Source: an uncultured virus (IMG/VR IMGVR_UViG_3300009610_000004) (taxonomy: Duplodnaviria > Heunggongvirae > Uroviricota > Caudoviricetes). Taken from it: a stretch of 64,000 bases of DNA. The DNA lies in IMG/VR virus record IMGVR_UViG_3300009610_000004, one strand, 5' to 3'. A program made the translations under genes and the position numbers. The stretch's first letter is position 1; every line of letters begins with the position of its first letter. Below, piece after piece: positions 9,463 through 20,100 of this stretch. Under the pieces are notes generated by a model. The model was not told the origin of the DNA. It did not search any database and worked only from the letters and a program-made list of their open reading frames with translations.

Positions 9463-10296
9463 TTACGGCAGAGTCACGCCAGTGGGGGCCAAGCGCGCCT
9501 TGACATACGTGTAAGCATCGGCGGCTTCCCCGGCGGTGAGCGTACGCTTCCACATGATACCGGCGGCGATCTTCCCCTGGTACGGTGCCGCGCCGCCCGT
9601 GAAGATGCCCAGTAGAAAGTAGTTACTGTTGCCGACCGCGGGCGTCCCCGTGGAGGCTCCGCCGGCCGGAGTGAGGGCCGCGCCGCCGTTGAGGTAGAGA
9701 GTGGTGGTGGTGTTGATGGCGCCGGGCGACTTGGTGGCGACCATGCAGTACCAGTTGCCATTGGAGATCAGGCCGCTGGCACTGCCGTAACTGTGGCCGT
9801 AGTACTCAACGTCGATCGCGCCGGAAGTGAGTCCTTGGCATAAACCGAAGTTGCCGAGAGTGCCGTGCGATCCGGTGGTCAACATGCATCGTGCCACGCT
9901 CACGTCGGTGGGCCGGAACACCACGAGGCCGGAAAAGGAAGTTTCGCTGACCCAGCCGTTCGCCCCCGAGATGGACTGCCCGCTATCCCCACTGGTGAAA
10001 TCCGCACCATCGGCGGCTAGCGCATAATCAATTCCCTCGACTGCTGTACTCCCACCGCGATACCCATCGAACCCTCTGGCCCAGTCTTTAATGGTTTGTC
10101 TCGTCGCCCCGTCCGTGTAGTTGGCGGCGTCGTCAGCGAGATAAACCTGCCAATCGCTCCCCGTGGGCAGTGTCGGTGAATACGCCCCGCTCCCGATTCT
10201 CCCGCTCCCGCCGATCCGCGCCCCTTCATAACTGCTTGAAACAGTGGACAGAAATAAACCGCATACGACCGAGAGTATTCTCATAGTCTTCCTCAT
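9463..10296 (-). CDS. LamG/concanavalin A-like lectin, putatively secreted
   Basis: hydrophobic N-terminus; GNWYCMVAT...LYLNG...YQGKIAAGIMWKRTLTAGE LamG signature; paralog of 10296-11105. Confidence 0.75.
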   Translation of the reverse strand: MRKTMRILSVVCGLFLSTVSSSYEGARIGGSGRIGSGAYSPTLPTGSDWQVYLADDAANYTDGATRQTIKDWARGFDGYRGGSTAVEGIDYALAADGADFTSGDSGQSISGANGWVSETSFSGLVVFRPTDVSVARCMLTTGSHGTLGNFGLCQGLTSGAIDVEYYGHSYGSASGLISNGNWYCMVATKSPGAINTTTTLYLNGGAALTPAGGASTGTPAVGNSNYFLLGIFTGGAAPYQGKIAAGIMWKRTLTAGEAADAYTYVKARLAPTGVTLP

Positions 10297-11105
10297 CAAG
10301 GCAGAGTCACCCCAGACGCCGCTAATCTGGACTTCACGTACACATAAGCGTCACCGGCTTCGGTGGGGGTCAAGGTGCGCTTCCAGAACATCCCGGCGGC
10401 AATCGTCCCATTGAAGTACCCGGTATAGTACTCACCCAGCACGAATGGGTTACTCGTCCCGATACTGGGAGTGCCGGTCCCTGAGCTAAAGGGCGACACC
10501 ACCGCGTTATTCAGATATATGACCGTGGTGGTGTTGATCGCGCCAGGAGCCTTGGTCACTATCAAGCAATACCAAGTGCCGTTCGCAATCAAACCGCCCG
10601 CGCTGCGATAATTGTTGGCCCCACCGTGGAACGTCACGGCGGCATCACCGCCTGAAACAAGACCAGCGCATAATCCAAAAGACTTCAAAGCGATGGAAAC
10701 ACCCGCGCCTGTCATCAGCAGACACCCGTTCGTCGCATTAGCCTTGAACACTACCAGGCCGGAAGCCGCTGTCACGTCGGTCCAGCCGCTGGCCGCAGTG
10801 GAAACCGCTATATCATCGGAACCGTCGAACACGCCACCGTCTGATGCCAGCGTGAAGTCGGTAGAATCTGCCGCAACGTCCTGACCACGATAGGCATGGT
10901 TAGCCAAGGTACTCCAGTCCTTCAGGGTCTGTTTAGTAGCTCCGTCCACCCAATTGGCCGGGTCGTCGGCCAGATAGATTTGCCACTCGGAACCGGTGGG
11001 AAGAACCGGTATAGCGGCACCGGTACCGAGTCTTCCGCCAACCTGTGCTGCAATGCCAATCGGGATCAGCAACAAGAGCCACGCGCTAGGTTTGCGTATA
11101 GGCAT
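10296..11105 (-). CDS. LamG/concanavalin A-like lectin, putatively secreted
   Basis: signal peptide MPIRKPSAWLLLLIPIGIAA|Q; GTWYCLIVT...IYLNN...FNGTIAAGMFWKRTLTPTE. Confidence 0.75.
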   Translation of the reverse strand: MPIRKPSAWLLLLIPIGIAAQVGGRLGTGAAIPVLPTGSEWQIYLADDPANWVDGATKQTLKDWSTLANHAYRGQDVAADSTDFTLASDGGVFDGSDDIAVSTAASGWTDVTAASGLVVFKANATNGCLLMTGAGVSIALKSFGLCAGLVSGGDAAVTFHGGANNYRSAGGLIANGTWYCLIVTKAPGAINTTTVIYLNNAVVSPFSSGTGTPSIGTSNPFVLGEYYTGYFNGTIAAGMFWKRTLTPTEAGDAYVYVKSRLAASGVTLP

Positions 11106-11106
11106 G

Positions 11107-13953
11107 TCAGCGATTGGTAATCCCGGTTTGTTTCATGGCAAACCTGTCTACGGCCACATTCACCGAGTTGCCGTTGCCGATATGCAAATAGAACGGCTCC
11201 AGGTTGAGGGTTGACACATTAGAGGAGATAGTCTTCTCAGTACCAAAGGCCACCCCATCCTCGTAGATTTTAAACTTGATGAAACCTGGACTCGTGGAGA
11301 AGACATGCGTTCGATAGAACTTACCAGCCACGGGCGGTAATCCGTAGTCTGTCACTGTGGCTAACCCGCTAGCGGAGCACACGCATTGGAAGTTGGTATC
11401 CGTAGCGAGTTTGCGAATCCAACACCCGCTATTGAGTGTCCCGGCGTTACCTTCCGGGGCACTGATCAACCCGGTGTAAACCCCCTGGTTGGTTATCGAG
11501 GTCTGCATGGACCAGATCCAATACGTATCAAACGTCACGCTGGACATGGCCAACTGCCCATGCGTATTGTTAAACTGCCAGTGGATCATGACCCCGCGCC
11601 CACTCGTGACACCGGGATTGGTTATGAAGATGCCGGGATGTCCCACACTACTGGCACCAGTGGCAATCGACCCGGATGCCCCCGCGAACGCAATGCTTCG
11701 AAAGGATGATGTCCCGCTAAATGCGCCCAGAGCCACTGATGCGCCTTCGATGAAGTCCTCGTAGAGAATCCATACCGAAGGATCGAATGGATCAAGCCCC
11801 GTTCCACCACCAGGCGTGTAGCTTCTCACATTCCCGGCGTCATCCACATCCTGCAACACCTTGGAAGCGTTCCACCCTAGTCTTAGATAATTGGTCGGAG
11901 GAGTCGCCGGGGTGGCACCTTTGAGCAGCTCCATGTACCCGGTGCCGCAGTTGGACACACACCGGCTTGGACTGCCGTAATAACTACTCCCCCGCTTATC
12001 GAACTGCTGCACGGTGACGGCGCTGGGAGTGGGATCGGGCGAGTCAAACCCCACGAACCCAGTGGGAGCAGCCACCGTCCTCCCCCCCGTGGCATCTTGC
12101 GTGAACGTCAGCGTAAAACTGGTGGACGCAGTGGGCGCGTTACTCACGGTCCAGGAAGTCACATCGCCGGTGAGAGACAGTGCGTGTTGGTTCGCCAGGG
12201 AGAGATCGAGGGTTGGCGTGGCCGAGAAAGTGATTGTATTCAACGGCCCGTCCTGCGACTTGCCGAAAGTAATTGCGCCGGTTGTGGCCGACTGGGTGAG
12301 GTTGCTATCGTCCAGGGCCGTGCTCGTCGCCGCTTTGGGAATCTTGGTCGCGGTCAGCCCGGTTATCCCGCCAGCCCCGATATCGGTTGCGCTGGCGATG
12401 ATGTTGCCGTTTGCGTCGAAGGCCAACTGTTTCGAGACGGTCTTGGTCCCGGTGATGGTTCCGAACTCAGTGGTATTACCGGATCGCGTGCCCACCGCGG
12501 CCGCCTTGGACCCGGCCCCGATCATGGGCGCGTTACTGGTGAGCGTGCCTGCGGCGGTCACCGTGTTGGGGTCCATCGCCCCAATGTCGGATGCGCTGGC
12601 AATCACATTGCCGCTGGCGTCAAAGGCAAGCTGCTTGGACACTGTCTTGGTACCGGTGACGGTGGCCACCTCCGTGGTATTCCCTGATCGTGTCCCGGTC
12701 GCCACGGCCTTGGTACCACTGCCGAAGATGGGGAGGTTGGAGGTGAGAGTACCGGCGGCGGTCACCATGTTAGGATCAGCCCCCGGTATCGCCGTACAGG
12801 TTTCCACCGCCCCAGTGGCATCCACTCCCAGCGGGTAGTTTCCCGGCGAACAGTTGGCTCCATTGGCGGCCAGGGCCGTGGCGGTGGCCACGTTCGAAGT
12901 GGTGAGAGCGATCGTGCGTACCGCCCCCGCATCGTCGACGTCTTTGAGTACCTTGCTGGCATCCCAGAACAGCCGCAGCTTGTCGGTGGCCGGTGTTGCT
13001 GGCGTGGTGCCCTTGGCTCCTTCGAAGAACCCGGTCCCGGAGGTCGTCGAGGAGAACCCGCCCGGCGCGGTGACGAGGTCGGTGTCGTCGACCGTCACGC
13101 CGCTCGACTGCGCCAGACGCCCGGGGCCGTCCGAGCGCAGAAGCCGGTTGTCGTTACCGAAGGTTGACGTAGCTGTGACCGCGTTGGGATCCGGCCCGCC
13201 GCCTCCGGCGCCGATATCCGTGGCGCTGGCGATGATGTTCCCACTGGCATCGAAGGCTAGTTGCTTCGAGACCGTCTTGGTGCCGGTCACCGTCCCGAAT
13301 TGGGTGGTGTTCCCTGAGCGGGTGCCCACGCCGATCGTCTTGGTGCCCGTGCCGATCACCGGGAGGTTCGCGGTGAGCGTGCCGAGCGCCGTGACCATGT
13401 TCGGATCGCCGGGACCACCGCCGCCCGTGCCGCAGGCGTTCCAGGCAACGCCATTGGCTTGCGCGTCATCGCGCACAAGGCAGTAGCCGTTGGTGCCGGC
13501 CGGGACGCGGCTAAACAGCGTGCCGGTGTAGGCGATCATGTCGCCCTTGGTCACGCCGCCCGTGAGAGTGCTGATGCCGATCGAGGTTCCCGTTACGGGC
13601 GCTTGGCTGATCCGGACCGAGGCGATGGTGACCGGCGTCGGCGAGTCTGGCACGTTCCACATCTCAGCCTGCGAGTTCCAGTTGTTGCTCGAATAGGTCA
13701 CCTTGTAGTACTGGGCCGGGTTGCACGTCATCGACGGTTCCAGGGCCACCGAAAGTGCCCCCCCGGTGATGGTGACGATCTTGCCCTCGTTGACAATCAC
13801 CGCGCCGGTCGGCCCCAGGCAGGTTCCGGAGAGCTCGATGAAGGCTTTGCCGTTGATCGGGACACCGAGCGGGTCGTTCACCGTGCCGGTGACCGTGGTG
13901 AGGGCGAAAGCAGAGACGGCCTCGAGGAACCCGGCGAGTAGCTTTTTCATCAT
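11107..13953 (-). CDS. repeat-rich fibre/adhesin with signal-like N-terminus
   Basis: MMKKLLAGFLEAVSAFA|LTTVTGTV; Gly/Thr-rich; three 67-aa repeats; start overlaps stop of 13950-14180. Confidence 0.7.
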   Translation of the reverse strand: MMKKLLAGFLEAVSAFALTTVTGTVNDPLGVPINGKAFIELSGTCLGPTGAVIVNEGKIVTITGGALSVALEPSMTCNPAQYYKVTYSSNNWNSQAEMWNVPDSPTPVTIASVRISQAPVTGTSIGISTLTGGVTKGDMIAYTGTLFSRVPAGTNGYCLVRDDAQANGVAWNACGTGGGGPGDPNMVTALGTLTANLPVIGTGTKTIGVGTRSGNTTQFGTVTGTKTVSKQLAFDASGNIIASATDIGAGGGGPDPNAVTATSTFGNDNRLLRSDGPGRLAQSSGVTVDDTDLVTAPGGFSSTTSGTGFFEGAKGTTPATPATDKLRLFWDASKVLKDVDDAGAVRTIALTTSNVATATALAANGANCSPGNYPLGVDATGAVETCTAIPGADPNMVTAAGTLTSNLPIFGSGTKAVATGTRSGNTTEVATVTGTKTVSKQLAFDASGNVIASASDIGAMDPNTVTAAGTLTSNAPMIGAGSKAAAVGTRSGNTTEFGTITGTKTVSKQLAFDANGNIIASATDIGAGGITGLTATKIPKAATSTALDDSNLTQSATTGAITFGKSQDGPLNTITFSATPTLDLSLANQHALSLTGDVTSWTVSNAPTASTSFTLTFTQDATGGRTVAAPTGFVGFDSPDPTPSAVTVQQFDKRGSSYYGSPSRCVSNCGTGYMELLKGATPATPPTNYLRLGWNASKVLQDVDDAGNVRSYTPGGGTGLDPFDPSVWILYEDFIEGASVALGAFSGTSSFRSIAFAGASGSIATGASSVGHPGIFITNPGVTSGRGVMIHWQFNNTHGQLAMSSVTFDTYWIWSMQTSITNQGVYTGLISAPEGNAGTLNSGCWIRKLATDTNFQCVCSASGLATVTDYGLPPVAGKFYRTHVFSTSPGFIKFKIYEDGVAFGTEKTISSNVSTLNLEPFYLHIGNGNSVNVAVDRFAMKQTGITNR
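12373..13407 (-). repeat. three 201-bp (67-aa) intragenic repeats DPNxVTA...DIGA
   Basis: copies at 13207-13407, 12577-12777 and 12373-12573, all containing GTRSGNTT and VSKQLAFDAxGN. Confidence 0.9.
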
Positions 13954-14180
13954 CGGCACCAGGCGTGGAGCCCGGTCGCCACGCCGCCGGTCTTGATGAT
14001 GCGCGGAGAAAATTCCAGAATCTGGCCGGCCACCAGCGTGACCGTGGAAGTGACTCCGGCGTAATCGACGACGATCAGGGCCCCGCCCGTGTCGGCAGAG
14101 ATCGCCTCGCACGGGACTCCGATCGCATTGGTGTCGTGCTTGGTGATGTCGCTCACCCGCTTGTATGGACCTTGCACCAT
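13950..14180 (-). CDS. head-spike base protein, RcGTA Rcc01079-like
   Basis: 76 aa; DITKHD...EAISADTGGALIV...VTLVAGQILEFSPRIIKTGGVATGLHAW resembles the recalled AITPSD...RALYVGxGG...VPAGxILP...ATGTTAT pattern. Confidence 0.6.
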   Translation of the reverse strand: MVQGPYKRVSDITKHDTNAIGVPCEAISADTGGALIVVDYAGVTSTVTLVAGQILEFSPRIIKTGGVATGLHAWCR

Positions 14181-14193
14181 TTGGTTTCTCTCC

Positions 14194-17100
14194 TTACTTT
14201 CGTCTCTTCTTGCCCGGGAGCTCGGCCTCGGCGGCTGCATCCAGGAGATCGTCGATCTTCGAGTTGAAATGCTCTTCCCAGTACTGTACAGCCTTGGCCA
14301 GTTGCGCGGCGTCTTTGGGGCTGAGTGAGTCCTCGTACTCCTGGCGCTCGGCCTTACTGAGCGCGCCGAGCGGATGCAGCCGGTCGATCGACTTCATCAG
14401 GTTCTGCCGGGTGCCACCGGCCTCGACGTACTCCTGCATGCCCGCCGCCACCGCATTCTGGTCGTCATACCGGAGCCCCATGCGGATGTCGTAGAGCGCC
14501 GCCGCGGCGTGCTTCATGCTCATGCCGCCCGGGCTTCCGCCGCTGATGTCGATGTCGTTCTGCAGCCCGTACTTGGGCACCCGGTCGTAGCGGAACGAGT
14601 TGTACTGCGTCTCGTTGGCATCGTAGCGGTAGACGATGAAGTCCATCACCTTCTCCATCGAGAGCGGCGGCTGCGGCTTCCCGCTGAAGAACTTGTGATA
14701 GGGCCAGACCATGCCCACTTCGCGGGCCAGATACTCCCAGCGGTCGCGGATCTCGCGTTTGTTGAAGAAGTCCGGGAACCATGTCTTGCCGCTGGTGAGT
14801 TCGGCGGTCGTCTTGACGTACGGCGTGATGCTCTGCGCCAGTTTGTTGGGCCCGGCCTTGGCCATCTCCCAGGCCATCTCCTCGATCGTCATGCGCCCGT
14901 TCATGTACTCGCGCACGTAGTAGGGCGAGGCGTCGAGGCCGCCCCATTCGAGCACATCGTCGATCAGGCCCAGCCGCGAGAACACCCGCACCTTGCCGTT
15001 CTCGTCCCGGCCCAGGACGATGTGAGAGCTCTTGCGCACGCTCTCGGGCAGATCCTCTTCCTCGTCAGGCCAGAACATGTGGTTGAACAGTTCGGTGAGC
15101 GTCTTGAGCGCCAGCGCGGTGGTCACCGTGCGGCCGATTTTGATCGCCGTCCAGACGCCCGTGCGCAGCGCAAGGCTCCCGCCGCCGAGCGCCGCATAGC
15201 CGATACCCGCAGCGGTTCTCCCGTCCTCGAAGGCGTTCTTGATCAAACGCCAGTAGCCTTGCGCGTTCTTCTCCTGGAAGCTCCAGAACGGGATCAGGTT
15301 CCGGCGGGTCCACTGGCCCGCCGCCGTCACCTCGTCATAGGCGAGCATCAGGTCGTTCGAGAGTTTGTAGGCCCGGTCCTTCTTGTCGCGGAGCGCCATG
15401 ACCTCGGTGCGCAGCGACTTGGCGAAGGTCGTGGGCCGGCCATCCGCGCTCGCCTCGATCTGCTTCTGGAACTCGATGTAGGTGGCGTAGCGCAGGATCC
15501 CCTCGCGGTAGTCGGTCATCGCCCTGGTCGAGCCCCAGACCTTCTCCCAGGCATCGACGGCGAGATCGGCTCCCTTCCCCGCAATGCCGGTCTCCGGACT
15601 GATCAGGAGGTGAGAGAGCTTCTTCAGGCGGTTGACGTCGCCCATCTCATGCACTTGCAGGTTGGCGTCCATGCCGCCCCGGCTCCACCAGTCGGCAAAC
15701 TGCTGGCTCGGCATCCTGCCGGTCCTCATAAACTCGTAGATTTCCTTGGACGAGAGACCGACATGCTTCAGCGCGCCGGGCAGGATCGTGACGACGGCCT
15801 CGAGGTCGCCCGAAAGATTACGCAGGTTGTATTTGATCACCGAGCCGGGATGAATGAGCTTGGCCGTCTTCCACCAACTCAGCGGCTTGTGCGCGATCTG
15901 GTCTATGCCGCGCAGGAGCTTGTTGCTCGGCGGCTGCATGAACTCCTTGAGCGTCTCGATCACTTCGCGCGGCAGGATCATCTGCTCGCGCTCGGCACCG
16001 CGCACCCGCTGCTTCTTCGTTTCAGCCGCGAGCACTTCGCCGGATCCGTCCCTCTCGATCGCCTTGGCGACCTCGTCGGTGATCGTCGTGGCGAAGAAGA
16101 AGTGATCGCGCTGGTCGGCCTTGTACATCTCGTGGGTCTTGATCCAGGGCACACCGCCCGGGCCCTTGAGGTTGTTGTACGCCTTCTTCATCGTGCCGAT
16201 ATACTTCTTGCCGGCCATCAGTTTGGTCAGCCGCCGCTTGTCGGCCACTCCTTTGAGCAGCAGACCCGCGGCCTCGGCGGCGGCCACGTCCTTGCCATCC
16301 GCGACCAGCCAGGCGGCCAGCGGCATCAGGTCCGGGATCGACGCTTGGCCCCTGCCGAGCCGGTCCACTACCCACTGCAGCTTGGGCGGCACCTTCAGGC
16401 CGGAGGCCAGCTTCTGGAGCTTGCTGATGGCTATGGCCTGCTTGGTGTTCATCACGCGCCGGTACATCGCCTCGCCGTCGAGCTTCTTGGTGCCCGGGTT
16501 CTGGCGATTGTGGTTCCGCGCCATCGCATCGAAGTGCGGCATAATCGTCGCTTTGTTGGCGGCGGCGGCCTGCCGTCGAATCGCCCTGGATTGGTTGTGC
16601 CCGCTCTTGTCCTTGAGCCAGCCGAGAAACTCGGCCCGCACGGTGTCGTACATCATCTGGTGCAGGACTTCGAACTCCGAGCCGATATAGTCGAGCGAAT
16701 ACTCGTTCACGTTGACCGAGGACATCTTCAGCCACGAACGCCCGGTCGGCAGCTTGTAGCGCTGCCCGGCGCCGGTCCCCGGCTGGCCGATTGCGTCCTT
16801 CAACTCCTCGTGCTTGAGCACGCGGTGCCGGAAGTAATCCTTGCGCGACACGGTCTTCGAAACGTCGTAGCCCATCTTGGCCATCGCCGCGATGTACTCG
16901 GCCTTGACGGTCTTCCAGATCGCCTCGCGCTTGTTGAGCGCCTCGACGATCTTCGGGTTGGCCATCGCGCGGTCGTGGGCCTCTTTGCGGAGCGCGAACA
17001 GATGGGCCTTGCTCTTGATCTTCCACGGCAGATCCTTGGGATCGATCGCCGTGCCGCTGCGCTTGGTGTCCTCCATCACGCGGGCGACCAGATCGTTGTA

Positions 17101-20100
17101 GGCCACCGTTTCAAGGAAGTGCGTGTACTCGGTGTCGTCGAGCTTTTCAAGCTGGTCGATGATGGCTTGCGCGGCCCGGTGGATGGTGGTTCCCTTCGAC
17201 TTGCTGACCCGGTTCAGGAACTGCTTGAGCTCGGCATACTTCGCGCCGCCCTCCAGGTGCATGAACTGGCGCGTCAGCGCGTGCTTGATGTTGTCCCACG
17301 CCTCGGTGAACTTCTGCAGCCGCGTCTTGTCGATCGGCTTACGCGCTTCCTTCTGGATCTCGCGGTGTTGCTCGAACAGCGGCGAGACCGGGACGCTCGA
17401 TGCATCGGTCTGCTGCGGTGCGACCGGGGCGGCCTGGGACTGCTGTTGCTGTTGCGGTTGCGGCGACACCGCCGAGGGCAGCGGCCCTCCCGGAATCTCA
17501 CCCGCCGCTTTCCGTCGATCCGCTTCCGCCCTGAAAGAGGCCATAGTTTGGGCGAGCGTCGATACCGGCTTGGTGGCGCGGAAGGCTTCCTTCACCGGGC
17601 TGGCGTGGACATAGCGGAACAGGAGGACAACATCTTTGCCATGCGCCTCGATCAGCGCCTCGCGGTAGGCTATGGCTACCTCGATGCGGTCGTCCAGGTT
17701 GATTAAGCCGTGACCGAAAGGATTGCTGGCGAGCACCTTCGCGGTGATCTCCTTGAATTGCCCCTTGATCATTTCGTCCGGGGTCAAACCCTTGAGATAG
17801 TCATAGGCCCCGTGCGTCTCATTCATCAGCACGTCCAGCAACTTCTTGAAGACCGGCGTGGCTAACAGGTCATCCATGACCTTAGTGGAGAGCGGGGCTT
17901 TCGCCTGGGCACCGTGGATTTTTTCTTCCCGGCCGGTCGCCCGCTTGACCCGTTTGAACTTCTTAGTCTGGCGGTCGTCGACTTTGACGAATTGAAGCGA
18001 ATCATCTGCCTGGGCGGTTCGCAACCACTTGGTTAGCTCGTGGTTGATCTGGGTCATGGCCCAGCGGGCATCAGCGTCGATGCCCGGGACATTCGTGTCA
18101 TACCACTTATACATGTCCAGCATGAACTGGACGTTCGGCTGTACAACATTGACTCCATCGAGACCGTTGAACTTGAACATTTTTGCGAGCACATTGCTGG
18201 CAGCGGAGTTCATGTACACCGTGCCGCTCGCATAGCGCTCCCGGTGCCGTTTCCCCGGCTGCGCGGGAGGCCGGAATGCGAACTTCATCTTTCCGAGGGA
18301 TTCAACTAGCTGTGCGTCGTCCTCAATGGGTTTGTCTGCCTGGAGGGCTGGGTCGGTGAGGCTGGCGTTTAAGGAGTCGGCGTCGAAGTCTGACGGAGCG
18401 TCGTCGAGGAGGAGGGAGGCTTTGCCTATTCGTCCTCTTCGTCCCCGTCCCACCGGAAGTCCGGATGACGGAACGCCACCGGCAGCGCCAGTTCCACGTC
18501 GCCCGCCTGGGGCACGTCCGGATCCGGGTCGCTCGTCTCCAACAGGACGTGACTCAGATACTGCTGCCTCGTCAGCGGCTCCCCCTTCTTCCTCATCAGA
18601 TCCAGCACGGGATATCGCCCTTCCTTCGGCAGACCAGGCCGGCGGATCGATTCCTTTGAAGTGGGCATATAGCTGTTTGCGGGCTTCCTTCGCAGTCAGT
18701 TTACCATCGCTAACCTTTCCCCAGAGAGCCGAGGCCCAGTTGTTATACGCCTCCGATTTCTTGCCGGTGAACAGCCCGCGCGTGGCTTCCCAGGTAATCG
18801 ACTGCATCTCCCGGGGCAGGATCTGACGTTGACGGGCCGCGCGGCGGTAGGCTTCGGCAAAGATCCAGTACGTGCCCAGTTCACCGATCTTGCGCGATTG
18901 CACCCCGTTCCCTAGGTTGTGGTTTACTTCTACCGCCGAGCCTCCGAGCGGCCGCAGCAGGCCCGCGCAGACCGCATGGGTGTCGCAGGTTATATGGCCG
19001 TTGGGCGAGTTCGGATCGAGGAGGTTGTTATAGAAGTTCCTGACCTTATGCCGGTCTCCCAGTTGGTCGCTGATATTGTTGATGGAGCCATCCTGCATGA
19101 TGCGGATGGCCTTCTCCATGTACTCGTAACCGGACCAAGCCATCTCGGCGGGCCGCAGGCTGCCGTCCTTCTCCTCGACCATCATGACGTCGCCCCATGC
19201 CCCTTCGGGCGTGAGGACGCGGTAGTCGCGTTTGTTATGAGCCTCGTCCCACATCCGGAACCAGATGGCCATCGAGGGCACGTCTGTGACTTCGATAGCG
19301 GCCTTGCCCTTCATGGCGGCGTAATTTTCCTGGAGGGTTGTGGTCGGTGTGAAAGGCTTCCTCTTCGGCCTCTTCGGCTTCTTCGGTCTGTCCTGTACGG
19401 GAACCTTGTTGCGCCGGGCTTCGGCAATCTTAGCCTTCCACTCGGCTATTTTCCCCGGGTACTCCGCTCGGTCTTTCTGGTATTTTCTCTCCCTCTTCCG
19501 GATGGTCTTTCGATCGCCGTCCTCCTTGTCCGGCAGGATCTTGTTCTCGTAGATGGCCTCCATTTCCGGAGTCCACTTAAGCTCGTGGCGCTGGTTCCAC
19601 CACTCGTGGAAGCGCCGCGCCATGTCGACGTTCTGGAACCAGTCTTTCTGTGGCGAGAACCCGGCGAGGACACCGGCAGCCTGCTCGATCGTCGTGCCGT
19701 ATTGCTTCGCGTTGGCCACCACCTTCTTGCGCCCGCCGTCATACCAGAGGCGGGCCCGCTCGGCGAAGCCCAGGTCGACGTACTTATCGTGGAGCCAGAG
19801 TAAGTTGTCGACCAGCCGGCCGATAATCTTCTCGACCGCGGCGTTGGGCGTGAGTCCCTTGATGTCCTTGAAGTCCACGTACTTCAACATCAGGCCGACA
19901 GACTTCTCGACAAAGACCGGATCCTGCCGGGCGTTGTGAACGCCAGTGACAACGAGATCTTTATCAGGATCGGCGAGTTTGTTAGGGCCAAACGGCTGGG
20001 CGGTTGAAACCTCTTTGATGTGGTGCCGGATCGGCTTCCTGATCCAATCCTGGACGAGCGCGGCTACCTGCTCGCCGATCTGGCGGGCCTTGGCCCCATG

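Noticed and set aside
9463..11105. Paralogous LamG genes as a diversity-generating retroelement TR/VR pair
   Set aside because: Differences in the compared 3' ends are general and often synonymous, not adenine-specific; no reverse transcriptase seen in the window
12373..13407. Repeats as a CRISPR array
   Set aside because: 201-bp in-frame coding repeats without unique spacers; no cas genes
14374..17706. 1110-aa plus-strand ORF and many other long antisense ORFs
   Set aside because: Shadow frames from GC-rich codon bias opposite real genes; no recognisable motifs
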